A stretch of DNA of 64,000 nt from Utricularia gibba (Eukaryota; Plantae; Magnoliophyta): the NCBI GenBank assembly GCA_002189035.1, contig NEEC01000017.1:2046001-2110000 (forward strand). Direction: 5' to 3'. The notes below the pieces were generated by a model that was not told the origin of the DNA, made no database searches, and saw only the letters and a program-made list of their open reading frames with translations. The stretch's first letter is position 1. Each line of letters starts with the position of its first letter. Shown piece after piece: positions 1 through 12,271 of the stretch. The translations under genes and the position numbers were made by a program.

Positions 1-926
1 CAAGAAACATTAGCAAGATTGAGAAAACCAATCTTATTTTGAGAATCAAAGAGGAAATAGAGTCCATTATGAACATGACGTCAGGCATGTGTCGGTCCTA
101 CACAAAACACTCATCTAAAGCAAAAACTGCTCATAGGATCCCTTTCCTTATCATACAATATACAGATGCCACATTGAAATGAAATTAAGTAACGTGGAGC
201 ACACCAGATAAGACCAAGTCGGATTGTAGACGAAAATCTCCAGTTGCATTAAAGGATAGTAGTATCTTATTTGGCAAGAAAAAATCCAAATCTGAGTGTG
301 GTTTTTTCAAGTTGAACAAATGTGTGTTTTCCCATACATGAGAAGTTGCTCCAATCTAAAATCCAATTATGAATGTTACGAATGAAACAGATTGTAATTC
401 TCCATGAAGTTGAAAAATCTGAGGCTTCATGGAAGCCCTAAATCATTGCTGGATCTCAACCCACAAGCTATGTGCATCTAAAATCCAAATCCCAGTTGAG
501 AATTAATGTCATCATCTGATAATATGTTCTTTTTTCACTCTTATAATAGTTTGGGAAGCTTCCCAAGCATTCATAACTGTTGTTGTCTTTTCTCTTATCA
601 AGGATGAGTTTGGGACCCAAAGTGGGGGCTGCTTTGATTATGTCAATATGACCTAGTAGACCATGCTCATCCAAACCTATCATTAAAGCCTTCAACCAAC
701 CAACATAATTCTGGCCATTGAAAAAGTGGAAATGAGAGTTGGAGAATTCTTCATCTTTCATTCATACAAAGAGGGTATTTATACATTATATGAGAAGCAA
801 TGCAGTGAAAACTACAATCTATAAGCTAGGGTGTGAAGGAACTACTATGTACAATAATAGGAAACTGTCATAATGAGTAAAGTAAGAAATAAAGGAAGGT
901 ATTTCAACAGTGAAGATATTTCAACA
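1..926 (-). mobile_element. Degenerate Ty1/copia LTR-retrotransposon remnant (gag and GAG-pre-integrase region, possible LTR at about 720-926)
   Basis: ORF 468-761 has FNGQNYVGWLKALMIGLDEHGLLGHID, resembling the copia gag N-terminal LNGxNYxxW motif. Minus-strand translation of about 85-250 gives ATGDFRLQSDLVLSGVLHVT*FHFNVASV...AVFALDECFV*DR, resembling copia L.NVLHVP.F.FNL.SV...F....CFVQD, with stops. TGTTG starts at 909/926 and TATAAATA near 780 are LTR-like. Confidence 0.6.
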
Positions 927-2089
927 TTATCTTCATCGTTTCGAGTTGCCTTTTCATCTTTCTTGATTCTTGGCGTCCATTTCTCGGGGCGTCTAGGGCC
1001 ACCGGAATGTCCAGCCCAAGACAACTCGACTGCCGCCCTGGCCGCGTCGGCTGCGTAAGCAGCTGACTCATACGCTTGCTGGGCTGCATCTGCCACGTCC
1101 GTGTAGTTTCTCCCCGTTCTCGAACTCTCTCCTTGTTCTCCCTGTAAATTGCCAAATTGGCATGGATTCTCTGTAAATACGGACGACTAATACATAATCT
1201 CAAGCTACTTGAACATTGGTTGCATACCAGTTCTGGGTGAGAAGAGGTGTGTATTCAAATGGGAGATCAATGTTTTCCTCATCAGCGATCTTCATCAACA
1301 TCCTTCTCTTGTTTTCCAAGCTGGGAGCCGCAGTTGAAAGCATCTGTACAATCTGAAAAAACAAGGGGAATTTCACAAACTACTACAAGTGGGCAGTGAC
1401 AAAACAGTCTTGAATGCAGTAGTGATGAGGTGATGGGGATTAAGTTTGGCTGACCCTGGGACTAACTCCGCAGTTATTGCGCAAGTCAACAGCTCTGGAA
1501 GCGAACTCCTTCCCATAACGAGAAGTGAAAATAGAGCGGATTTGAAGAAGTTCTGGGAAGTCGCCAATTCTCGCGGATGCAAAAATCAGAGTCGAAACAG
1601 CTTCATTCAGTTCATCAGGACAAGATCTGCGGACAAAGCAACTTTGTAAGGAAACACAACTCCATGAATCAACGGAAAAGCTAACAGACTTGGGAATCAT
1701 GATAAGAAAACTAACTTCTCTTGTTGTATAAGATTGACGCTTTCCGTCAACAAATTCAAGTAGCTATCCAACGCAGCTAGCGCATCCAAGCCATTCTGTA
1801 GCCTAATCACCTGCTCAACCTGAAACCACCGAGTTCATAAAAGCACAGTTGGTGAATGATCGATCAATCTATCAAACGAAGGGCCAGAGGAGCACAATAC
1901 CCGAATAAGAGCCCCATCGTGGAAACCCTTTTTGAGAAGATTCACGACGTCGGATCGAGCAACGGAGAGCTGCGCCTGGCGCATTTTTTTCAGCACCGCC
2001 GACCGGTGAACCGCCAGCGCCGCAGTCGCCTGGAGTTTAGTGACATAGGAGCGTCTCTTGGTCAGCCCGAGCGCTGACGCCAAGCCCAT
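845..2089 (-). CDS. IST1-like protein (Regulator of Vps4 activity domain), about 5 exons
   Basis: Exons read MGL...KLQATAALAVHRSAVLKKMRQAQLSVARSDVVNLL; VEQVIRLQNGLDAL; CPDELNEAVSTLIFASARIGDFPELLQIRSIFTSRYGKEFA; YTDVADAAQQAYESAAYAADAARAAVELS. GT-AG junctions checked. Confidence 0.85.
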
Positions 2090-3098
2090 ATCGCCAACCG
2101 CAGATTCGATCCCTTCGAGGAGAAGGATCACAAAAATAAGAAATGAAACAAAATCCACGACACTGAGAACAAGCACGAGTTGAACGGAGCTCGTTTATGC
2201 CCTTCAGCTGCGACGGGGTTCCTCCCGAGATCCGCGTTCAGGTTCCATCCTGGAAATTATAATATTATATATGTCCCCAGAAAATAAATATAAAATGCAA
2301 GTTTGTTATTTTTATTATCCTTCAAGAAAAATAATCAAATTGTAATAGTTTTAATTATTTTTATTAGTAGGAATTTTGTTTTACTTGGACCCACATAAGC
2401 ATAGACCCAGACTGACCTTAGACTATTATACCCATGGATCTTATGATGGCTCTACCAATTCAACAACACTTCGAAATTTTCTAATTATTTTAATCATAAA
2501 AAATATATAGGCATAAAATGCGTCAAGTTGAATTTTTCTTACTCAATTTTATGAAGATTAGTTTTTTTAGATCTAAGAGTCATTTTAGGCCTATTACACG
2601 TGACACATTGTACGGTCCCAAATAACTACTCCCTATAGTTTGTCTATAGTAGTAATTATATAAATCTTTTTTTATTTCATTAATAAAATAAGTAATTTTG
2701 TTATGAAATACAATTATTTAATAAAGTACGTAAAAAAATAAAATTTATTTATTTTATTTAAAATAAATCATCTGAAAGTATTTTTACACCAAAAGCCATG
2801 TGGCGACAGTCTTCTTGAGGTCAACTACCAGGGATTGAACTGCAAGGGTGTATGATCATTTTGAATTAAAATAATATTAATTTTAATTATAGTAAAAATT
2901 AAAAACGGAATTAAATAGAGCATTTTTAAGGTAAAAAACCAAAGGGGCTGGCGCATATGAATTAAGATTGGTCACCCATCAATGATTACTAGACCAAGTT
3001 GTGCATATTGGGGCCTAATGTCTTAAATAGAAGACCCGATGAACGCAACTTATCGACAATCACTACAGGGTTGGATTTGCATTTACTTATATATTTTT

Positions 3099-3629
3099 TT
3101 ATTGTATTTGTGAAAGAAAAAAGCATTCAAAAATCTGGAAATTGAAAAACCTGTCAGCTGACCCGAAATCCGTATCCGAATAATCCAACAACGCGTCTAA
3201 CGCTACGTTCGCAAGCTCACTACCATCCTCAGCTTCCCCAAACCGGTATCCGGAGCCCAATCCGACCGTATCTTCATCCCAAATCTTGCCGCCAATGACC
3301 GCCACATCGGATCAACCGCAACCGTCTCGCAGCCTTCACTTCTCCTGAATCCAATCGGAGAAGAATAGGCGGTCGGCGGCAGTCCGAGGTCTTCGTCCGT
3401 TGCCTCCAACAAGTACCACAGATCAAAGCAGAGTCGTCGCTCTCAGACCTCAGATCCACAACCTCCGCCGCCTTAATCTGCCTCTCTCACATTTTCACGA
3501 AGCGACCGAGCTCCTCTGACGCCGAATCTAAATCATCGAGAATGTTCTCTCTCGGACGTTTCGCTTCTGGTGAGAGTGTATCTCCTCTTCCAAATCTCTC
3601 ACACGTTTTTTGTCGTTCGAAGACTCCAT
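3099..3629 (-). pseudogene. Frameshifted homologue of the uncharacterised acidic At1g13360/At3g25870-type plant family
   Basis: Family motifs KKRVRD, SPEAKRPRENILDDLD, DLWYLLEATDEDLGLPP and VALDALLDYSD are spread over different frames, with at least 4 frame changes and an internal stop. Confidence 0.6.
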
Positions 3630-4570
3630 TCTGAATACACAAACCATAGAAGTAGCAATCGCCGACCGGAAGTACGAGGAACTCCGGTGGGGGCCGGCGA
3701 ATGCGCCTAGGGAGGGGCAAGGCAAATTCCAGGGTAGAGACATGGAGAAGGTAGGCAAATAGGGTTACTTCGACGTGTCTCCGTTTCTGGATTTAAATAC
3801 ACTGAAATTCCGTAAATTCGGTTTTTAAAAGCTTCAAAGTGAATTTTTTTTCATTTTTTCATTTTATTTTTTTCAAAATAAACACTGCTAATTTTTATTT
3901 TTTAAATAGAAGTTATCAATATTTATTAATAAAATTACTTTTAGAATATAATGATGGAATTGCTACTTACACGACTCGGAAATTTTGTGTCGATGTGTCA
4001 TTTTATAGGTTTGGGACACGGCACCGGACACGATGGATTCATAAACAATCAAAGGGAAGCGACGTAACCGTACATTTAGGGAGTATTCTAATGAGAAGGA
4101 GAAAAGGAAACGTCGCTTCGTATCTTACGAACAGTAAAAGACGGTAAATCCTGCGTCATGATGGGAATTATCTGTCTGTGCATTTTTCCCGGGATTAAAT
4201 TCCACTTTCCGGGCTCCTTTTCTGAGTTTCGGCACCCAACGCCAGCCTGAAACTGAGGAAATTACTACTTCCAGCAACCCGCAACGAAAGCCAACTGTGT
4301 CGCCTATATCAATGAGTTTGAATCTTTTTTTCAGTTGTTTTACACGAGTTTGTGTATGTGGGATTATTGGGTTTTCAGTGTAATGTGATTGCAATAGGCT
4401 TTTCTTGTTCAAAGAAGCCTTGGTTTCTTGAAGACCAGTTCAAAACTGGGATCGCGTACAGATGAAGAAACCCTAATCCCCAGATGCAAAAAAGGGGGAT
4501 TTTGATTTTTGAGATTCTAATTCTACTCCCCTACCATCAACAGAACAGCATCATGATAACTCGGGTATGG

Positions 4571-4834
4571 CTAATTGTGAAGAGGATCCGGGCAACTGGG
4601 AATACTCCGTTTATCATCTTCAACAAACACAAACCCGCCATCGCCGGCTGTGCTTTCACCATCGTGAGCTGAAGAAGCTGCTAGTGTTTTCCTGGAGCTG
4701 CTTCCCGGCAACGGGGGTGGCCCCGCGTCCCGCATCGGTGCCGCCGTGGAGGTTACCAAAAGATGTGTAAGCGAGAGTAGCAGAAGCCCGGCAGCCGAGC
4801 ATGGAAATGTTGTTTTGAGGGGCGAAAACGCCAT
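4571..4834 (-). CDS. CLE27: CLE peptide precursor, CLE27-like (87 aa)
   Basis: Hydrophobic N-terminal signal (AAGLLLLSLTHLLV) and C-terminal 12-mer RSIPSCPDPLHN directly before the stop; recalled CLE27 motif is RIVPSCPDPLHN. Confidence 0.88.
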   Translation of the reverse strand: MAFSPLKTTFPCSAAGLLLLSLTHLLVTSTAAPMRDAGPPPLPGSSSRKTLAASSAHDGESTAGDGGFVFVEDDKRSIPSCPDPLHN

Positions 4835-5324
4835 CGACGGCGAGGATAGAGCGAGGGAAAGAGAGACAAACAAATTGTCCGGGAAGGCCTGTTTTCGTTG
4901 TAAGAACGAAAAGCTAGTGGATTTTGAGGCGGGGCGCTTTATTACTCCCAGGAGAAACAGCAATGATATGAGAACCTTCCCAAGAATAAGACTCATTGAC
5001 CATTTCCTTCTAATTAGCTTCTTATAACAAATCCTGTTCAAATTGTGCTCATTTCGAATGTAATAATCCATTGAATTTTTAATGATATTATTTGTTTCAA
5101 ACACCTAATTATTATCATTTTACATTTCAATTCCTAGGAAAATAGTTTATTAGATAAGATTCCTCTATATCAATCGTCATTCTTACGAGAGATTTATGAA
5201 ATTTTTTTATGGTTTGGATTATTTTTTGTAGGGAAAACCGGTTATTACGTGGCATTCATTCATTGGACAATAAATAAGCATTAAATTGCAAGTTCTCCAG
5301 CTACATGGATTGCTTATATACTGT

Positions 5325-5950
5325 TTAAAAAGGCTGGGTCGGTGCTAATCTTAGGTGTAAATCAAGCCCATGTACATCATCGGAATTGGGCCCATCTCTG
5401 GAGAACATATTCAACGATGGCCCAATTAATCCTCCTCGTTCATGGGCTTTCACGGCCTCCTTCGGCCCAATTCGGAGAAAGCAAGAATCCCCTACACACC
5501 CGGCATACGCTACGCTCCCTACACCTCTCGCTCCCGGAAAACTCCAGCCGTGCGCCACCTGAAACGGCTCCCGGGCTCGTGAAACACCCACCCACGGAGA
5601 ATTATACCCTGCCTGAACGTTCTGCGGATTCCAAAAAAGGGTATTTTTTTTTAAAACAATTTTTGAAAAGTGCAGAAATAACAATGTGATTCATCATATT
5701 TGCATGAAAAGTCTACCGGTCTAATGGCTTGTATCTGAGCTCGCTTATGCAGCATCCTTTCCTTCTTGTGTGCGTTCTGATGCCCTCCCAATGCTTGCGA
5801 GTTTGGGAAGCCTCGGCTGCAGTACTGACACTCGTACCTGCGGCCGTCATCTGCCTCGGATTCGGCGGAGGCGGCTATCTCTTCTGCAACATTGACACCA
5901 AAGAGTTTCAACCTGCCGCTGTTCCCTTGATAGTTAGTCTCTCTGTTCAT
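5325..5950 (-). CDS. Single C2H2 QALGGH zinc-finger protein (GIS3/ZFP5/ZFP6 clade) with C-terminal EAR motif; 2 exons, 176 aa
   Basis: KLFG motif, CQYCSRGFPNSQALGGHQNAHKKER finger and terminal LDLHLRL. A GT-AG intron at 5716-5622 joins the two ORFs in frame. Confidence 0.85.
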
Positions 5951-6059
5951 CTCCACAGAGGCTGAAAATCAGTACACCAACTCCGATTATCAGTGAAAAG
6001 GAGAAAGGCAGAAAGAAGGAAGGTTGAAGTAGGAGTTGAGTTGAGGTATGCAGGAGGGC

Positions 6060-6068
6060 ATTTATATA
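6060..6068 (-). promoter_or_regulatory. TATA box of the zinc-finger gene
   Basis: Minus strand reads GCTATATAAAT about 110 nt upstream of the ATG, followed by a pyrimidine-rich leader. Confidence 0.5.
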
Positions 6069-8661
6069 GCTATGTGGAGATTCAGTGTATGCTTTATTGC
6101 AGCAAGTTGGGGATTTTTTTGGAGCATCCGAGGAACAAGCCATGCCCCACTCGATATCATGCCCATGTGTTCTTTCTTTGTTCATGTTAACGTAGTGGCT
6201 AAGGTTGTTTGGCAATAATGGTCTTAATGGGCATTCCAAACTGTACAATAATTCACCTTTTGTAAATCAGACACCAATCCAGATTCTCAAAACTAATCAT
6301 TCTCGTTTCTTGGATTTACAATCCTAAAACTACACCATTCTTACAATCCTTGAAACAAAATTAACTTCTTCAAGAACATCGCTCGCCCATGTTGTCGTCT
6401 GGAGCTGTGTTGCAGCGAGTAATAGGGAATGACTGTAGGAATAGGGAATGGAGTAAGAGGAAGTTAGGAAGAAAACGTGGGGAAATAATGTTGGGATCCG
6501 ACAGGGAGAGCCCACGATTAGGTAGTTACGTGTTTGGGATGAAAAATGTCTGCGTTGCGTCATTGACGTTGAAAATGTAAACCTCCTTGAGATTCTCCCA
6601 AATCTTTGCTATGACCAACGCCCAAGTACAGTGACTCCACTCAGGCCCCAGTCAATCAACCATCGTCACGGCAGTGGAAGGAAGGAAGATGCACCCACGA
6701 GGTAGTTAAAGAAGCTGCTGAATCAGTCACACATGGTATCTATTCAAAGTAAAGATTCAGTAAATCTAATATTACACATAAAATTCAAGTACATAACAAA
6801 CATGTATTATATTGTAAAACATTAGACACAACAAATTACGAGTTATTTATAACAAAGATTGAATCTTTGCTTGACAGAATTCCCTTCATTGTTGTTCAGG
6901 TAGAGGGTTTAGGGAGCGTGAGTTGGTGTCTCCCACCCGCCATATTTGAATCCATGTCGGTGGTTATCGCAAATGGCTCCTATTTGCTAGGGCTCGTGTC
7001 AGATGATAAAAAATTCTGGAAATCTTGAGGATTCAATGCATTCTTTATACTATATTCTTTAGGATTCAATAAGCATTCTTTACTTACAGAAAAAAACATA
7101 AACTTTTCATGTTATTACATAAAGTCACACTCATTTCATCATTTAGAGATAACATGTGGACGATTAACCACTAATCCATCATTAAGTGGATTGACATCTT
7201 GATAATGGACAGAGAGTCACGTCTCTTCATGAGTATGATGGTTTAACAAAATACTTAGATTAGATCATTTAATTCTTCTAGTGAGTTTAGATAGACATGG
7301 TGTTGTTGAAGTAGCCTAACCTTGTGATTAGGAGGGGATCGTCGTCCCTGAATCTTTTTTTCCGGCGGGTTGGGATATTCAGTCACCGCCGCATGTTGCA
7401 GTAGCGTTCTCCTCGCATGGAACTCCAATCCAGCCAACCGACTCCGACGTGTTCTGACGAGGAGGGAGCAAGTGCAGTAAGTCCAAATCAAAAGCATGGT
7501 GGGTGGGTCTGGCGGAGTCTTCACCGCAACCATTACCATGTCGCATTTTTGTCTCCCATTTTGTTTTTCCTCTTTTTTTTCATCTGCCTCTGTGAATCAT
7601 CATCATCATCATCATCCTCAACCAGCAAAACCCTCAGAATTGTTACTGAGAATCACTCCAGTCTGTAGAGCCAGAGATGAAACTCCAGCAAATAACTGTA
7701 GCCAGTACGAAGAGAAACAACACCCTGGGGATGGGGCTGGTAGCTCCTTCAAAGATGGTGGCCGACAGGCCAGCGGAGTTTCATGATGGAGATCCGAAGG
7801 ATGGGGGAGAGGGAGATTCGGCGGATCGCGGCGGTGGCCCACCGGGGTGTCATTATACGGCAAAAAACGGATCACCCTTTTCCACTCGCTTTTTTGTCAC
7901 CCACCGGGAAAAGCTTCCCCAGTTTTGCAAACCATGAGACACTGCTGACTGCACTGCACTGTACCAGATGGATCATCCATTATTGTCCTTACCCTCACAT
8001 TTGTCCTCTACTCATCTTCAACTAACTAAAAACTGCTTTTATTTACTGTGGAAAGAAGCACATCAAATTTTTGTAAACTTTGATTTTCAGTACCATTGTT
8101 TTAACCCAATTTATGTGGTTTAAAATAAATTTAATAGATACATTTATTTATGTAAAAGTATTTGGATTATGATTTTAAATTATGTATGTATTTGATAGTA
8201 TATTATAATTAATAATATACTTAATTTATTTAAATTTAAATAAATATATATTAAATAGTTAAGATTAAAGTTTGTTTGTTATATAGTTTTTGAATGTATG
8301 TGTTTGAAATAAATATTTTATTATTTAATAAAATAATTAAAACTATTAAAACTATTTAGAAAACACCAACTAATATATTTAAAATAAAATATCTAAAAGT
8401 AATTTAAAAATAAAAATATTGGTTTATAATACAATGGTAGTAGAACATGGAATTCTAAGACAGCCCAGGTATGTTTTGGGCCAAAGGAAGCCCAATTAAT
8501 ATGGAACTTATATTTTTAATTCGTTTTATTTATATATTTCAAGAAATTGGAATTTAAAATACCGGCAGGTATTTTGTCCAGACGACAGAGAGGCAAAGGA
8601 GCTTGAAATCCGAGAGAGATTCCAATCATTACAAGAACACACCGGGGAAGTAGAAGAAGAA

Positions 8662-9854
8662 ATGGGAGTCTCACTTCCCATTCTTGCACTCCTCGTATTC
8701 GTTTACTTGTTCGCATTTGTCTTGGCTATCGGCGCTGAACGGCGCCGTAGCACGGTGAGTTTGTCGGTTTCTTTACTTCAATTTGCTTCGATGTAACTGA
8801 TAAATTGGGTTTCTTGCGTTATTTTTGTTCCCCAGGCGAAGGTTGTGCCAGATGAGTACGATGAGATGTCGTATTGCAGTTACGCGTCGGACGCTTCGAC
8901 GATTTATGGTTTGGCTGCATTTGGGCTTCTGGCAATCGCCCAGACGTTAATCACCGCCGTTACTAAATGCTTCTGTTGTGGGAGAGCGATGATGGGTGCT
9001 GGTTCTACCAAATTGCGTCTTTCTCTCTTCGTTGTCTCATGGTAAGCACATTTTTTCTTGTTTGGTCTCATGGAAAGATTGGTTTTTTTTTTTCTCCCAT
9101 TGGGATATGTTTGGCACTGGATGTGCTTTTTCTTCATACTTATCGGATACCGTTGAGATTAGTATGAGTATAGGTAAATGTTGCTTGTATAGTCCAATTA
9201 GTACGCATCTATTTCTTTGGTACATTGCTATATACATACAGTACATTAGTTTCTCGTTGGATGTTAATTTGGTTGCTTATAGGCGAATAGAATCGCACCC
9301 ATTTTATAGGCAGCCATGGGGCTTGTTGTTTACATTGCTTGCTGCACCAGATTATGCCAAGATTCTTAATTTTCAATCGGAGGATGCACACAGTTATAAA
9401 AGATTGCTCTTTTGCAAATGCTTATCCTTTTAGCTTCATTTCTTGATCTTCTGGGTCAGGGCGGCTTGAGATCTGATGCTTTCAAACCTTAAGAATGCGA
9501 TTCTTTTGTTCCCATTTCCCGGATTTCAGTCCTGCTTCCTGAACTTGATTTCAACCACAGGGCAAGCTTTGCTGCAGCAGAGGTGTGCTTGTTGGCGGGG
9601 TCTGCAAGAAACGCATACCACACCAAGTACCGAGTGATGTTCCATGTTGGGCATTTGTCGTGTGCCACACTGAGGAAGGGCGTGTTTGCAGGTGCGGCGG
9701 CGTTGACACTGGTGACCATGACGGCGAACCTGATCTATTACTGGGCGCATTGCCGGCTGACACAGGGGGCTGGGTGAAGCATCAGAATGAAGGGATTGAT
9801 CTCACTGCTCCTAAGAACAAGAATCATGGGGAGACCCCTCGTGATTATATGTGA
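8662..9854 (+). CDS. DUF1218 family membrane protein, 3 exons, with an apparent 1-nt frameshift near 9755
   Basis: MGVSLPILALLVFVYLFAFVLAIGAERRRST / AKVVPDEYDEMSYCSYASDASTIYGLAA / CLLAGSARNAYHTKY...CATLRKGVFAGAAA. The C-terminal ADTGGWVKHQNE lies in a shifted frame. Confidence 0.9.
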
Positions 9855-11049
9855 CTCCTTGAGGCTCTGCTGCTGGAAATCGTGTCCCGGCTGAGTGATG
9901 AAGCGGCTGAATGCTCAGAATCTGTTTTTTGCTGTACCATGAAGCTCATTGTCTTCCAAGTCCATTTCTATTGATATATATAGATATCTCTCGGTTTGTC
10001 CGTACCTTCAACGGATGGGCTATTTCCTTCATTAATGGGCCAACTGAAAAATACTGGGCCGAAAGAAGTCCTAATTTATTAGTTTTCTCAATTGGGTCAA
10101 TTCACTCATGATGTATTTTGTATGATTTAATCAATAAATTCTATTTATTTATTATATAAATAGATATATAATAAATATAATTAATCTATTTGAAATTATT
10201 AATAAATAGAAGTTAAATTGCATAAGCCCTAAAATCCTTAAATAGAGAAATTTTGCAAAAATTATAGTGATAAGAGATGGAATACCTTTCAAATTATAGT
10301 AGATTAGAAGGTTTTTCAACAACTGACAAAAACAAAAGTAGATTTCAGAAACAGGTAACTTCAACCTAATGCGAAATCAAAGTCAAAAGCAAATGAGAGA
10401 GAAGCGAGTGGGAATTAGAAGAGTTAGAGGGCAGTAAGTAAATAAATTTATTTTTACCAATTTGAAGAGTGAATTAATCATATTTTTTTAATTTGCATAA
10501 TAAATATATAAAATAGTTAAAATTGAAATAAATTAAAAATAAATAGAATTATAAGTGAAGTTTTAAGAATAATTAGTATTATTCCGTAAAATACTTAATA
10601 TTATTTTTATTTTAAGTTATAAGTTACAAAATAAATCATAAAAACCTTAAATCTTTATGGGCCAACTGAAAAATTTCTATTAGAACCGATATCGGGTCCC
10701 GGGTTCGGGTCGACCCTTGTTGGCAATTGGGGCGTTGAAAAGAGAATAAAATTATGATCGCGGACAGCAAGGGGCCAAATGCTGGAGAGTGAAATGGAAC
10801 CAGACAAGGAAAATAGACAGCTGTAACCTCTTTCCCTGCTTGGCTCTCTCCTGATGTGTCGCTTTCCTCGGCTCTTGTTGTGTTTTTTGACTGGTGTCAC
10901 TCATGTCTCTGGCGGGAATCCGAAGAAGAGCAGCCCCCGCTGAGATGCATTGCAAGATGGGTCAATTGTGGATCTCCAGGCGCGAGGGATCTCGGTCTCA
11001 TAGCCTCAGTGGAAACAAGAGCATTTGGTTGCTCAGGTTGAAGGAGGGA

Positions 11050-12271
11050 ATGGGGTGCAAGAGCATCTCCTCTATGCCTCCCTCAGGGCCGGCGATTATC
11101 CGGTCGGCGGCGGAGTGGGGAACTAGTGGGAGGAGAAACGAGAAACAAGAGAGGAAGATAAAGAAGAAGGGGTCACGAAATGTTGCTGGTGATGTGCCTG
11201 ACGGGTGCTGCACTTCCCCAGGAATCCGGATTTCTTCAGATTTTTCAACCAGAGGCAGAGACCCAGTTCCTAGAATTGATCGAATCAAGGTATCTGAAAA
11301 CTCCATTTTCTCTGCTTCGTCGGTAAAACCCATTAGACTTTCAGTCACATGCTATTACTTCAGCTGCCTAGGAGAAACGGGAGTGCCACTCGATCATCAA
11401 ATTTTGGCATTGGTTCTCACTCTGACGAGGATATAACTGAGGTTTGGCGCTTTTGTTCTGTTCCCATTTCTCTAGTGCCTGAGATCTGCAAAAGCAGTAC
11501 ATCATTAGCATTACATTTGGCAGATGACGATGTCCCAGCGAACTCTGCTAACCGGAAGGAGATTATGTTACGAGCATCTATGGAATACGGATGAGTTTTT
11601 GTTTGGGGATAGCGAAACCCCAAATCTTAGTCCTTTCACAAGGTTTGGATCTGAAAATATCAAGATGCACAAAAATAGTATGCACTTTCTAATCAAGTGT
11701 TGGTTGATTGTGCTTAATTGCCACAGGGCGCGGGGGAGGATCCATACCAGGACTTGAGACTGAATGTGGAAGAAATGTCTTATGAGGTCTGTACCTGGAG
11801 AAATGGATCTAATGTGTTGGAAGTCAGAACTCATAAATATCTCACTTTTATTGGACATGTAACAGGAGCTGCTTGATTTGGGTGATAAGATTGGGTATGT
11901 GGGAACTGGACTTGAAGAAAAAGAGATACCTGAGTGCTTGAAGATTATCAAGTATTTTAATAATGATGTTCCTGCTTCATTGCCTGTAAATGATGGGCAA
12001 ATAGATTGGAAATGCAGCATCTGTCAGGTGAAGTTTTGCTCCTTGTCTGTGGATAGAAGAAGAAAGTGACTTGTTTTAACACTCTATACTTTTACGAACG
12101 TAACAGCCATATGTGGTTGGATTAATGCAGGAAAAATATGCAGGAGATAACGAGATAGGAGTACTGGAATGCAGGCATCATCACCATGTTGAATGTATAA
12201 AGCAGTGGCTCCTGAAGAAGAATTCATGCCCAATATGCAAATGTGCAGCAAAGAAAAGAAAAGCTGCATAG
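11050..12271 (+). CDS. RING-H2 E3 ubiquitin ligase (MBR/RHG1-like); start may lie upstream at 10945
   Basis: DLRLNVEEMSYE / ELLDLGDKIGYVGTGL, then CSICQ...LECRHHHHVECIKQWLLKKNSCPICK, a C3H2C3 RING. Confidence 0.88.

Noticed and set aside
4158-4226. C/D snoRNA-like ATGATGG...CTGA
   Set aside because: Non-consensus C box, no terminal stem and no recognisable rRNA guide.
6430-6480. Purine-rich run resembling a miR482 arm
   Set aside because: Does not fit the family consensus and has no hairpin partner.
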